Below are positions 7,932 through 17,977 of a stretch of 64,000 bases of DNA, piece after piece; positions within the stretch are counted from its first letter, which is position 1; every line of letters begins with the position of its first letter. Source of the stretch: a virus (Duplodnaviria > Heunggongvirae > Uroviricota > Caudoviricetes); IMG/VR virus record IMGVR_UViG_3300027819_000007, positions 19,787 to 83,786 of that record, one strand, 5' to 3'. The notes below the pieces were generated by a model. The model was not told the origin of the DNA, ran no database searches, and was given only the letters and a program-made list of their open reading frames with translations. The translations under genes were made by a program, and so were the position numbers.

Positions 7932-8347
7932 CTTCGGACCTTCTTTCTCTTTGTTGAAGTCTTGGTTCTGGGTTTACGTTTTGCCACAGGTTTTGATGGG
8001 GTTCCCTTACGGATCTTACGGGAAGGGGACAATAGTTGTATTTGCTTCTTCCCTTTGGGAGTAATTCGATATACTTCCGCAGAGTGGTTGGCCAAGGTTC
8101 TCCGTGTGATCTTGGCGTCTTCCACATATCCCATCCACTCAAGTTCCCACCGACTTCGAGTAGCATGAGTAGAACCACACCGCACTTTCATGGCTAACTC
8201 CTGGTGAGTTAGCCCTTGTCTTCCTGACTTGTGGAAAGCCTTCAGGAACTTGTGATGGTACTTGTAGAAGACAATCGGTCTCCGTACTGCTCCCCTGGTT
8301 GTAGAGGGATGGTACAGCTTCAAGGCTGAAGTTCCCACGATGCTCAT
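7928..8347 (-). CDS. Putative winged-helix DNA-binding protein
   Basis: GLTHQELAMKV...RSRWELEWMGYVED...YRIT pattern with a basic tail. Confidence 0.45.
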   Translation of the reverse strand: MSIVGTSALKLYHPSTTRGAVRRPIVFYKYHHKFLKAFHKSGRQGLTHQELAMKVRCGSTHATRSRWELEWMGYVEDAKITRRTLANHSAEVYRITPKGKKQIQLLSPSRKIRKGTPSKPVAKRKPRTKTSTKRKKVRR

Positions 8348-9429
8348 GATTGGAGTCCTTTCAACTTGTGAAGGACCATGATGGCATTGTCCACTCCCCC
8401 CACACTGGAAGCAAAGGCATGGGCATCATGCAGAGAAGTGATCAAGTTGTCCATGTCCAACGGGGGAGCTACCACGGGAAGAGTAGGAACAGGACTCTTC
8501 ACCTTCGTTCGTGTAGGAGTATGGGCAGAAGTTCTGGGAGCTTGGGGCTGCTTCCTGTAGTCCTGCATGTGGTCTTCGTAGTATTGAATCTTCTCGGACG
8601 TGAGAGGTCCTTCGATCCTGGCACGCAGGTCGGCCAGATGTTCCCTCACACTTCTTATGGTAAGTATCACTTTGAGCTTGTGACGATTGACCAACGTGCG
8701 GACCAGGACCAGGATTCGTTCATAGTCAATGGGTTTCTGGAGCTGTTCTGGAGTCATCTGCTTGAGAACTTGTCGAATCAGTTGGCTCATAGAAGGTTTC
8801 TTGCTCTTGACCTTCTTACGATGGGGGGCAGTAGCATTGATGGTATGAGCCTTGGTATTGTTCAGAAGCTGCTCATACTGCTCTACCTTCTCCCTAGTGA
8901 CTGGGGGGCCGAATCTCGACTTGATCTCGTGCCGTACCACACTCACATTCATGTGGCTCACAGAGAGAGGATTGTTGCAGTCCCGCAGGAGCTGCCGTGC
9001 CTCACACACCACTTTTTCCAAGTCGTCTTTGTTGCTACTGGTGAGGTCCAGTTCTCCTTGGTTGCTCAAGTTCTTCATGGCCTGACGCACGGCCTCAGAC
9101 CGAGTCTTGAGGAAAGGTACAGTTGGTTGAGGAACTTCCGTGTGAGGGGCTGCCTCTCCGTTCTTCCTTTGAACGATCACTTCCTGCTGCACCACTCCAG
9201 GGAGACGTTCGTATTGCTCCAGCTTGACACGGGTAATGGGAGTCCCGAACTTGGCTCGGATGTTTCCCAACACCGTACCGACAGAGGAATTGGTGATACT
9301 TTCTGCATCACCACCAGACTGCCTCATCCGTTCACGGGCAATCCGAACCACCTCATCGTGATCCAATCCATTGTCGATGTCCAATTCCTTGAGGGCTTCC
9401 CTGATCGCTTTGCTCTTCGTCAAACTCAT
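8344..9429 (-). CDS. Protein with three tandem ~80-aa helical repeats
   Basis: Repeated IR[EQ]ALK...KFG.PIT..KxEQYE blocks. Likely start at ATG 9429, after the leader motif. Confidence 0.65.
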   Translation of the reverse strand: MSLTKSKAIREALKELDIDNGLDHDEVVRIARERMRQSGGDAESITNSSVGTVLGNIRAKFGTPITRVKLEQYERLPGVVQQEVIVQRKNGEAAPHTEVPQPTVPFLKTRSEAVRQAMKNLSNQGELDLTSSNKDDLEKVVCEARQLLRDCNNPLSVSHMNVSVVRHEIKSRFGPPVTREKVEQYEQLLNNTKAHTINATAPHRKKVKSKKPSMSQLIRQVLKQMTPEQLQKPIDYERILVLVRTLVNRHKLKVILTIRSVREHLADLRARIEGPLTSEKIQYYEDHMQDYRKQPQAPRTSAHTPTRTKVKSPVPTLPVVAPPLDMDNLITSLHDAHAFASSVGGVDNAIMVLHKLKGLQS

Positions 9430-9518
9430 CGTTCTTCTCCTTGTGTTGAAGTTGGGTTGTGGTTTGTACCTCACTTATGGTATTACGTCAGTCTTCTTCT
9501 TCACTTCACATCCTGCAC

Positions 9519-9589
9519 TACGGGTAAGGAGAATCGAACTCCTGTTTTCTGGTTGGAGGCCAGATGTTCTACCATTGAACCATACCCGC
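9519..9589 (-). tRNA. tRNA-Gly (TCC)
   Basis: GCGGGTA acceptor, D-arm GTTCAATGGTAGAAC, anticodon arm TCTGG-CCTCCAA-CCAGA, T-arm GGAGTTCGATTCTCC. CCA is not encoded. Confidence 0.9.
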
Positions 9590-9683
9590 AAATCCTGGAG
9601 GGGAAGTGTTAGAACAGCCACTTCCAGACTTACCCAGAACGAGTCTTCATCCCATCCTGTAAGATGATCCTCCAGGAGAGAAA

Positions 9684-10823
9684 TCACTTCTTCTTCTTGG
9701 GTGGCACATCCAAGAAGTCATCATCCTCTTCTTCCATACCCTTCTTAGCTAACACTGATCCACTCGCCTTGGAATGAGTGGGAAGAGCAGGGAAGTCATC
9801 GTCCTCTTCATCCTTGACCACAGGTTTGATGGAAGGTCGAGCCATCTCCCGTGTAATGACCAACGTACATTCCACAGGGTTGATCGCACGATGGACGTTC
9901 TTATCCTGGTCTTCCAATACCAAAGCCTTGCCGTCCCCAGAGATCCGTTTCACTTCACATTCACCCAACTTAGGATGGGTGACAATCTGTCCTTCCTTGA
10001 ACTTTTGTGGCGGGATGGTTGGAGTAATCGACTTGGCACTACCATTGCCATTGCTATCACTGTGGGAAGGAGGAGCTTCTTCTTTCTCTTCTTTCTTGGA
10101 GATAACCTTGCCCCCCTCCAACAGTGCTTTCAGTTCATCGTAGGAGAGGTACTTAGGCAGGTCATCCAAACAGTGAGTTTCCTCAAGGGTGGACTCCGGA
10201 TAGTCCTCCCGTGACTCGAAGGTAATGTCCACAGGTTTGAGGACCGGACGTCCCTGGTAGCTCTCTTCCTCTACCACTACCTCCACCGTGAACCCATCTT
10301 CCAAGGCATAGAAGGTAGCATACCGCTCCTTGTTCTTGGACTTGACATCCAAGGTTTTTCCGAACTGGAACCAGTTGAACTCGAAGATCTGGATACCATC
10401 CGCCGTGTTGTCCAGATCACGGAGATTGAACAGCTGTCGTTCCTTCCATCCCAACTCCTTGATGGACTTCTGGTCCAGGGTCTTCTCCCTGCGAGCTTTG
10501 TCCAGGTACTCGCACACCGGACAGTCTTCATGGAAGGTTTTCTTGAGACAGCAGTATCGATTACTACCGTCAGGAGTGGGAATGGCGTGGGTGAAGTAAG
10601 TCCTCTCGTAGTGGAGGAACCCCTCATCCGCAAAGGGATTCCCCTTACCCACCCGATACGGAAGGATATCTAGTCGGTAGGTTCCTTCCTTGCGGAATCG
10701 GAACATCTTCACTCCCTCCGGGAGAGTGATAGCTGTTGGCTCGAAGCCACGGTCGTGCTTCTCGGCACGGTCCTTGGCTGAGGCATACTGATGCTTCTGT
10801 CGTTCTTTCTCTCTACGGTCCAC
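9684..10823 (-). CDS. Single-stranded DNA-binding protein (gp32-like)
   Basis: RLDILPY...YFTH...CCLK...CPVCEY Zn motif and an acidic C-terminal tail. Confidence 0.7.
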   Translation of the reverse strand: MDRREKERQKHQYASAKDRAEKHDRGFEPTAITLPEGVKMFRFRKEGTYRLDILPYRVGKGNPFADEGFLHYERTYFTHAIPTPDGSNRYCCLKKTFHEDCPVCEYLDKARREKTLDQKSIKELGWKERQLFNLRDLDNTADGIQIFEFNWFQFGKTLDVKSKNKERYATFYALEDGFTVEVVVEEESYQGRPVLKPVDITFESREDYPESTLEETHCLDDLPKYLSYDELKALLEGGKVISKKEEKEEAPPSHSDSNGNGSAKSITPTIPPQKFKEGQIVTHPKLGECEVKRISGDGKALVLEDQDKNVHRAINPVECTLVITREMARPSIKPVVKDEEDDDFPALPTHSKASGSVLAKKGMEEEDDDFLDVPPKKKK

Positions 10824-11355
10824 TTGGAACCTCCTCTTTAATGTGGGAATTGAGCTGTTGCTGGCCCTTACGCCTTATCAGCTGCTTCTCCCGTTCTTGC
10901 CAGTCCTGAGAATCACTTGGTTCCCTCGGCTGGCGTGGTTCACTATAATAATTTGCTAGGAACAAGTCTACCAACTTCTCCAGAGCTTTCTTTTTATGGT
11001 CCAAGGCTCTCACAACACTCTGAGCTTTGTTGTAATTGTGCTTGGCGGTAAGCATACTATCATTAGCTAACTGCCAACGAGGTTGTAGGAAGATGGTTCG
11101 TTCAACCATGTTTTCTGTCAGGCGGGTATTCTTATCGATGCCGAAAGAAGTGGGTTCTTTACGAATGGATTTGTCAAGCTCGGCAGTCACAATATCCAAG
11201 TCAGTCATAGCACGGTCATACTCCAATTGAGCATCAGCTAACTTTTCAGCATAGGTGTAGTACAAAGACGACTGGTTAACCCACTCTTCATCCAACTTGT
11301 GGAGATTGGTGGCAAAGAACTCACTCACGATATTCTCCGCAAGAGGAAGTTCCAC
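10813..11355 (-). CDS. Coiled-coil protein, possibly a UvsY-like recombination mediator
   Basis: Helical protein next to the SSB gene; function inferred from context only. Confidence 0.4.
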   Translation of the reverse strand: MELPLAENIVSEFFATNLHKLDEEWVNQSSLYYTYAEKLADAQLEYDRAMTDLDIVTAELDKSIRKEPTSFGIDKNTRLTENMVERTIFLQPRWQLANDSMLTAKHNYNKAQSVVRALDHKKKALEKLVDLFLANYYSEPRQPREPSDSQDWQEREKQLIRRKGQQQLNSHIKEEVPSGP

Positions 11356-11507
11356 ATTAAGTAGAACAGTACCACTCCCAATAATGCACCCAGGAAAGTA
11401 GCTCCCAGGTAGTGAAGTGGAATAGTCAAAGCATACACATTACTAATGAGGATCCCACCCATGATACCAACAAGACATGAACGGTCAGGCGAATGAAAAA
11501 TTGTCAT
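11325..11507 (-). CDS. Small membrane protein
   Basis: Two hydrophobic segments in 60 aa. Confidence 0.4.
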   Translation of the reverse strand: MTIFHSPDRSCLVGIMGGILISNVYALTIPLHYLGATFLGALLGVVLFYLMWNFLLRRIS

Positions 11508-11509
11508 AG

Positions 11510-12469
11510 TTAACTCTGGTCAACACACACTTCGTAACAGGCTCGGATTAGACCATTCCTCTTGGTAGAGAACCAATCATACTGGAATACACTGAGAACA
11601 AGGTAAGCTCGATGTTTGTGCTTACCATCCTTGAGGAGTTCTTTCCCAGCTAACCCTAGTATTAGTTGTCTCAATCCTTCCCAATTGCCCTCTTCGGGAA
11701 GATCAGTAATAAGTTGAGAAAGCTCTTTCCATGTGCCACGTTCCCAGATCAACTTCCTGACTATCTCAGAAGCAGCTCTCTCCGTTGCCGGAGGTTGGAT
11801 AGATTGGAGTTGGGCTTCCTCACTTTGAAGATCCAACACGGTGTTCAAACATACAATGGCTTCCCGTGCCGACCCATTGGCACACTCCACTATCTTGTCA
11901 AATACCTTATCGGTAATGGTCTTTTGTTCTTGAGTTAGAATGCGATCAATTGCTGCCTTGAGATGGTCCCTCGTAAGAGGTTGCAACTCAATCTTGGTAC
12001 AACGGGTAAGGATAGCCGGGAGGAGTTTGTCCTTGTCAGTAGTAGCTAAGATGAAGTAAACATGAGGAGGAGTATCTTCTAACATACCGAGCATGGATTG
12101 TTGGGATTGGACAGATTTTACGAGGGCTTGACTCTCCTCAAAAAGCCATATTCGGCAATCCCCATTCATAGGAGATAATTCCATTCGTTCTTTGATTTCC
12201 CTCATCCTATCAATAGGAGCGGATACGGAAGCACAGTTCACTTCCTCAAAGTCCACATCGCTGCACTTCAACTTCTCCTTGAGGATTCTGGCAATGGTAC
12301 TCTTGCCTGTCCCGCTAGGCCCATTAATCAGAAGAGTATGAGGGAAGCCATTTTGGAGCAAGGTGTACAAGACTTGCAAGGCAGCATCTTGTCCTACTAC
12401 ATGCTTGAACAACTTAGGTCGAAATCTCTTGTACAGTTCGTTCATGCTACTTTCCTTTGTTCCAACCAC
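11510..12469 (-). CDS. dnaX: DNA polymerase III gamma/tau-like clamp loader
   Basis: LYKRFRP..F..VVGQ, GPSGTGKST, and an ILTRC arginine-finger (SRC-like) motif. Confidence 0.85.
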   Translation of the reverse strand: MVGTKESSMNELYKRFRPKLFKHVVGQDAALQVLYTLLQNGFPHTLLINGPSGTGKSTIARILKEKLKCSDVDFEEVNCASVSAPIDRMREIKERMELSPMNGDCRIWLFEESQALVKSVQSQQSMLGMLEDTPPHVYFILATTDKDKLLPAILTRCTKIELQPLTRDHLKAAIDRILTQEQKTITDKVFDKIVECANGSAREAIVCLNTVLDLQSEEAQLQSIQPPATERAASEIVRKLIWERGTWKELSQLITDLPEEGNWEGLRQLILGLAGKELLKDGKHKHRAYLVLSVFQYDWFSTKRNGLIRACYEVCVDQS

Positions 12470-13881
12470 TCGTCATAAGGGACTTGGTCAAACCAGTTCT
12501 GCTCCCCAATTTCAATTTCTACCTGAAGGGGAACAATGAGCCAGGTCCACTCTTGGGACAACCTCTGGGTGGTGATTTCCCGTACCACGGCTACCACTTC
12601 TTCCACTTCCTCTAAGGGGCAGTCCAACAACATGGAGTCATGGATTTGACCTACGATCTTGACCTGTTTTTTGTTCTTGGTAATCCACCGCTGTAGTTGT
12701 ATTAGGGACCACAAGAGACAATGAAAGGCTGCCCCTTGAATGGGCATGTTGATAACTTGGTTCTTGGCAAACTCTCCTTCCACATAGAAACCCGTAAGGA
12801 AAGAAAAGCCCCCCTTCTTGAGGTATTCGTTATACCATTTCCTCTTCCACTCTGCATAAACTTTGAACCGCTTACCCCAGAAGTCTTCCTCAATCGTTTT
12901 AATGTGGTACTCATAGGTTCCCTTACGGGGTTTGCCCTTGGGATCACACTTACCGAGTTCTCTCATCCCTTTCTTTTGGAGATGTTCGATTACCTTGATA
13001 TCTCCCAGAGAAGCTTTACTAGCCGTTTCCCACAAGTTCGGAGCACACTGGAAATACACCGACCCATAGAACTGTGGGAAAACGAATTGGTTCTTACCAG
13101 CATACCGAAGGTCCTTCTTCTCCGTCTTGGTTAACTCCAAACCCTCAAGACAGAAACACTCCACAGCCACATCCCAATGCATGTCCTTCTTGGGATTTAG
13201 AAGGTACTCTTTCATTACCGGATCGCCATGATAGGCCAAGGCTGTGGTAACTTCAGCTCCCTTGAAGTCCACCTCAATAAACAGATTGCCATGACGAGGA
13301 ATAAAACACCGACGTGTTACCTTTCCTCGGATTGGATCACGTTTGGGATAGTTCTGAAAATTCGGTCCAGAAGATGAACTGCGATAGCTCTTGGCTCCCC
13401 CTCCACCACCTTCTCCTCCACCTCCTGCCAAGTTGAAAAAAGGATGCAAGTACCCATCCACTACCTCACGACGAATACCTGTGAGGTAAGGAGTACGATC
13501 CTTCTTGAGTTTTTCCAGTTTGAGATACTTCACCAAGAAGGGACAGTTGACACGGGAAAGAACATCCTCATCAGTTTTGAATCGTCCTGTAGGAGTGAGG
13601 TCTCCCTCATAGGGATACTTCAAATCTCCGAAGATGACCTGAGCCAGTTGCTCTCTACTTCCTAGAGTGGTCTTGGCTCCATAACGATTGGACCAAACCT
13701 TGTAGACCTCATCTTGTTGTAACTCACCTTGAAGGACCGTAATACGTTGTCCGATCTTCTCAATGGCGTCATCCAGATAGTCTACGTCAATCCGTATGCC
13801 ATTGTTCTCAATCTCGGCAAATACGAGGGATCCCTGGTGGAAAAGATTGTATGCATCAGGAGTGGAACAACGGATGGTCAT
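12442..13881 (-). CDS. polA: Family A DNA polymerase, polymerase domain only
   Basis: SSSGPNFQNYP, motif A EVDFKGAEV, motif B RYAGKNQFVFPQFYG, motif C QIHDS. No exonuclease domain. Confidence 0.9.
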   Translation of the reverse strand: MTIRCSTPDAYNLFHQGSLVFAEIENNGIRIDVDYLDDAIEKIGQRITVLQGELQQDEVYKVWSNRYGAKTTLGSREQLAQVIFGDLKYPYEGDLTPTGRFKTDEDVLSRVNCPFLVKYLKLEKLKKDRTPYLTGIRREVVDGYLHPFFNLAGGGGEGGGGGAKSYRSSSSGPNFQNYPKRDPIRGKVTRRCFIPRHGNLFIEVDFKGAEVTTALAYHGDPVMKEYLLNPKKDMHWDVAVECFCLEGLELTKTEKKDLRYAGKNQFVFPQFYGSVYFQCAPNLWETASKASLGDIKVIEHLQKKGMRELGKCDPKGKPRKGTYEYHIKTIEEDFWGKRFKVYAEWKRKWYNEYLKKGGFSFLTGFYVEGEFAKNQVINMPIQGAAFHCLLWSLIQLQRWITKNKKQVKIVGQIHDSMLLDCPLEEVEEVVAVVREITTQRLSQEWTWLIVPLQVEIEIGEQNWFDQVPYDEWLEQRKVA

Positions 13882-14489
13882 TCTTTCACGCGTGCAGGAG
13901 TCACTCCAAGTTGTCCCTGATAAATTCCACCCTTGCCTGCATAGTCAACTTCTGGCTCCCCACTTAGCATCTCAAACTCCATCTGGGCAATACCCTGACC
14001 AACGAAAATCACGGCAGGCAAGGGGGAAAGATTTCCAATTTCTAAGGTGAGATGTCCTTCCCATAATGGCTCTGCGGGTGTTGTATTAATTAATATTGCA
14101 CACCTCGCCAGGGTACTTTTTCCTACTACTCTTGCCTTGATATTTCTAGGAATACAAAAATATTCCAAAGTCACACCAAGTACATAAGAATGTGGATCAA
14201 GTACAACGGGATAACCATCCTCCTTACCAAAAGGAATATTGATACGGGTCAATACTTTATCACGATAAGAAACATCCTTGAATCTTCGTGGATCAATCAC
14301 TTCATCAACATTAGTTTTGAACATCCATATCTCCGGTCCCAGACGAATGTCGTACCCAGCATGAGTCAAACCATACGAGATGATTCCTTTCCCCGAAACC
14401 GGCTCACTGAAAGGCTCCACCATAGGTTTACCATTACTCCAAGTAGGAGCCTGGCACAGCTTGCGAATATCCTTATCATTGAGAAGCAT
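13878..14489 (-). CDS. dcd: dCTP deaminase
   Basis: ISYGLTHAGYDIRL, GKSTLARC, PLWEGHLTLEIGN. Confidence 0.9.
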   Translation of the reverse strand: MLLNDKDIRKLCQAPTWSNGKPMVEPFSEPVSGKGIISYGLTHAGYDIRLGPEIWMFKTNVDEVIDPRRFKDVSYRDKVLTRINIPFGKEDGYPVVLDPHSYVLGVTLEYFCIPRNIKARVVGKSTLARCAILINTTPAEPLWEGHLTLEIGNLSPLPAVIFVGQGIAQMEFEMLSGEPEVDYAGKGGIYQGQLGVTPARVKE

Positions 14490-14517
14490 AGTTACCTCAT
14501 TAAAAAGGAGTTGTCAT

Positions 14518-16791
14518 TCACAGGTCACACTGCCCTCCCACACAAGCATACTCTTGGGCCGAAGTAGTCATATCTTCCTGTTCGTACCGTCTTAGCTTAG
14601 ACCAATTGATGGAAGGGAATGACTTCACCAATCGTTCATAAGTATCCTTGTCGATTTCCTGGTAAGGAGCTAATTGGTAAGTCCCTCCATCACGGGGGAG
14701 AAAAGAAAGTCCTGTCACATCATCCCAATGATCATACACCCAATTTCCCACCCGGAACCACTCGTCATCATCCACACTGACTGTACAAGAAATAGTATGC
14801 TCTGCCCAATTTCGTTTCCACACTAACCAATTTTCCAGTTGTTCCAATGCTGACATATCATTCCGAGTCACACATCCTTCTGGTGCTTTGATCGGGAAGT
14901 CGAAAACAATAAGGGAAGAATTCATGGGATCCACATGCCAAGGAACTCCTTCATCCTTCATGAGAATTGCCACTGGATCAAACACGCTACATCGTACCCG
15001 ACGAAGGTAGTAAGGAGCATGACGAGCATGAATGCCTGCCGAGCAGTCCAACAAGACGGAAGAATTCCCACTAGGCTTTCCACAGGTATCCGCTGCGGAT
15101 CTGTTAATCCCTAACCGAGAAGACCATTCTTCATTCGTCCTTCCTACAATATTCCTCAAATGAACTAACAATTCTTCCCTTCCGTTGGAACCAGGACGGA
15201 GGAAAGGACAGTCCATCTGTCCCGTAATATCCACCCCAATTAACCGCTCCTCCTCACTGTGGACACGCCATTCATCACGCAAATATCTGAAATCCGTCAT
15301 GGTGGCTTGCATTGTACCGAAGATAGCCGCCCATCGGACCTTCTTTTCCAACGAAGTAACATCGTCCTGCCTTCGAGCAGGAACGATGCTAAGATTACAG
15401 AACTGCTTGTTCCTAAGAAGGATTTCCAAACAAGGATTGCCGCGAAGGTAAACTCGCTTCCTTCTTTTCGGGATGTTCTTTGTTACTCCATGAAAATTGA
15501 ATATCCCTCGTTCCCCGGAGCCACTCTTCGCCAAAGACAACCACTCCTCCATGAAATCCGTTGCGGAAGGTTTCTCCTCATACACTCCACTATTATTCGC
15601 CATATCCAACCAATTCGAGGAATCCCACCAATTGCCATTCTTGGCATTCCTCATTTCCAAATCATCCAAATCGGAAAAACTAATCAAACTCGCTCTACGC
15701 ACTCCTCCTACTTGCACTATCTTTCCCGTCATACACATCATATCATGAGCAATTCTTGGAGTTATGAAACTACCTTGTCGGGAAAGGATCCTATTCCGAA
15801 CGAAGGAAAACAAATGTTTAAGTGGTTCAGGTCCACTTGCTTTGCCACCTTTGGTTTTCAGCCTTGCTCCTTGGGGACGAATCAAGGAGTAGTCAAAATT
15901 CACATCCAAACCATTCCACCAATGTTCCAATCCTAAACGATACGCTTTACACCATCCTTCGGTGGAGTCTTCAATAACATGGTGTAGGGGAGAAGACTTC
16001 TTTTGCTTCTTGACTTTAGGAAGTTTATTGATGAATTCCGATTCCACGGAGAATCCATAACCAGTTCCTTGCATCAAAATGTACAAGGATTCATCAAAAG
16101 CCTCCAACGAATCCACACAGGAGAAGCTACAATTATATCCCCCCACATTACACCGTTCCAAAGCAGGACCAGCCATCTGAACAATCCGAAGTGCTGGCAG
16201 TGCCTGTAACTCAAAAAAGGATTGATCCAGTTCCTGCCACTCTTCCTCCCTTACCTTATCCTTGAGTTGTGGTCGAGTACGGAAGAAGTTCATCACCCGA
16301 TCACAGCACTCTCTCCACGTTTCCCGCCTTCCCTTGGAATCATTCCACCTTGCGTACTTAGAAACAAATTGAAAATATTGTAAAGGGGTAGGAAAATGTC
16401 TGGCATCTTCCAGAACCGCCGCTTCATCTTCGGGATTGATAGGATGTTCAACCCTTTCTTTCTTGTGCTTTTCCTTCCACAAGGTATACTGCTCAGCGGC
16501 TTCATGAAAGTTGTTGGCCCATAACTGCTGGATCACCAAACGCTGCACCTCCTCCACCGAGATCGGTTCCTGCTTTTGAGCAATGATATTCACCACGGAA
16601 GAAGCAATCACCTCTGCAATGGAAATTCCCTCTGCATCCGTCTTACCTAATGAATTGACAAAACAACGTCTTATGGCACTAGTGATCTTTTGATACTTTA
16701 GTTGTTCAAATTGACCATTCCTTTTGATGACCTGACGAAGAGGATGTCCATTCAAGCGATGAGAAGTCCCCTGGACAATAGCCTCAGTCAT
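14518..16791 (-). CDS. nrdJ: Class II (B12-dependent) ribonucleotide reductase with N-terminal ATP cone
   Basis: VIKRNG ATP cone, SKYARW...RRETW, YNCSF, GNPCLEI, KPSGN, C-terminal CVGGQCDL. Confidence 0.9.
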   Translation of the reverse strand: MTEAIVQGTSHRLNGHPLRQVIKRNGQFEQLKYQKITSAIRRCFVNSLGKTDAEGISIAEVIASSVVNIIAQKQEPISVEEVQRLVIQQLWANNFHEAAEQYTLWKEKHKKERVEHPINPEDEAAVLEDARHFPTPLQYFQFVSKYARWNDSKGRRETWRECCDRVMNFFRTRPQLKDKVREEEWQELDQSFFELQALPALRIVQMAGPALERCNVGGYNCSFSCVDSLEAFDESLYILMQGTGYGFSVESEFINKLPKVKKQKKSSPLHHVIEDSTEGWCKAYRLGLEHWWNGLDVNFDYSLIRPQGARLKTKGGKASGPEPLKHLFSFVRNRILSRQGSFITPRIAHDMMCMTGKIVQVGGVRRASLISFSDLDDLEMRNAKNGNWWDSSNWLDMANNSGVYEEKPSATDFMEEWLSLAKSGSGERGIFNFHGVTKNIPKRRKRVYLRGNPCLEILLRNKQFCNLSIVPARRQDDVTSLEKKVRWAAIFGTMQATMTDFRYLRDEWRVHSEEERLIGVDITGQMDCPFLRPGSNGREELLVHLRNIVGRTNEEWSSRLGINRSAADTCGKPSGNSSVLLDCSAGIHARHAPYYLRRVRCSVFDPVAILMKDEGVPWHVDPMNSSLIVFDFPIKAPEGCVTRNDMSALEQLENWLVWKRNWAEHTISCTVSVDDDEWFRVGNWVYDHWDDVTGLSFLPRDGGTYQLAPYQEIDKDTYERLVKSFPSINWSKLRRYEQEDMTTSAQEYACVGGQCDL

Positions 16792-16823
16792 AAGTCAATT
16801 CCTTATTTTAGAATCAGAAAGAA

Positions 16824-17648
16824 TCAAACTACCATTTCAGCTTTGTCGGTCAAGACAGGTGCGTAAGGACCATCCAAAGAAAAGTGATCCGCTCGGTAAG
16901 TATTGTCATCTCCAGGAGGAGAGTAAACAAGAGAGGGAGTGAAATAATCATCCGGAACTTTGGTGTCCAACATACACTGAGCCAACTCCCGATGAGAATC
17001 ATAGATATGCACATCTCCCCCCATCCAGGACAACATCCCCACCTTCCGCTTACCCCAATGAGCCAGCCATAGTAAGAAGGAATACATTTGGAAGATATTG
17101 TGGGGGAAGCCACAAATCAAATCCACACTCCGTTGGTAGGTGAAAAGATCAAGCGAATTATCTTCCGGGTTCACAAAGGTTTGGATGATGGTGGAGTGGC
17201 AGTTAGTTAATGGACATAAAGAGTCCGTCATATCTGCTGTATTCCAGGTAGTAATAACATTTCGTCGAGAGAAGGGATGATCTTTCACCCCATCCAACAA
17301 ATACTGAATTTGATCTACCGAACCACGATCTCCCACGAAATGACGAAATTGACGAGAGTAGTTGAAGTGAATTTCTCCATTATCCTTATCCGCCCAAGGC
17401 TCCCACCAGGAGCGGACAGAAGGATGGAGGTCTTGAATATTATTACTACCACTCATAAAGAACTCCCACTCACGAAGACAATTTCGCCATGCTGTCTTAC
17501 GAATGGAAATGAGAGGAGTATAAAAAGCAACGAGGGGTTGAATAGATAGTCTCAACACATCAGAATTTCTTGTGTGGACCTTCTGCCCATGTACCAAAAC
17601 CGCTTCGATCAAATCCTTATAGTCCGTATCAATGCTGGTCATACTCAC
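16824..17648 (-). CDS. thyA: Thymidylate synthase
   Basis: PFSRRNVITTWN, catalytic NCH, YQRSVDLICGFPHN, GDVHIY. Confidence 0.9.
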   Translation of the reverse strand: MSMTSIDTDYKDLIEAVLVHGQKVHTRNSDVLRLSIQPLVAFYTPLISIRKTAWRNCLREWEFFMSGSNNIQDLHPSVRSWWEPWADKDNGEIHFNYSRQFRHFVGDRGSVDQIQYLLDGVKDHPFSRRNVITTWNTADMTDSLCPLTNCHSTIIQTFVNPEDNSLDLFTYQRSVDLICGFPHNIFQMYSFLLWLAHWGKRKVGMLSWMGGDVHIYDSHRELAQCMLDTKVPDDYFTPSLVYSPPGDDNTYRADHFSLDGPYAPVLTDKAEMVV

Positions 17649-17974
17649 TCCTTGGACTTATTCAATTCTTTGAGTCCATTTTTCAACATCCACTTAACAG
17701 GAACAGGTAGAAGGTCGAATGCTCCGGGATACTTCATGATTTCATCCCTTGGGTATCTAGCCTGAATTTCCAACATGATCTCATAGAGGTCCATGAGAAT
17801 AGGGATCATCACGCTCCAATACACAATCTTATCACACTCCCAGAATCCTTTTGGATCGAGTTGGACTTTGGAGGCTCTGTGATTGAAGAGCAATTGAAGT
17901 TCTTCGTTCGTCAGATTAACATAAAATCGATCTTTAAGACGAAAAGGAGCATGTGTTGTTTCTCTTGGAACCAT
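17645..17974 (-). CDS. Hypothetical protein
   Basis: 109-aa ORF within the operon. Confidence 0.5.
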   Translation of the reverse strand: MVPRETTHAPFRLKDRFYVNLTNEELQLLFNHRASKVQLDPKGFWECDKIVYWSVMIPILMDLYEIMLEIQARYPRDEIMKYPGAFDLLPVPVKWMLKNGLKELNKSKE

Positions 17975-17977
17975 CTC

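Noticed and set aside
9475-9687. 70-aa minus-strand ORF
   Set aside because: It overlaps a well-formed tRNA-Gly and has no recognisable motif.
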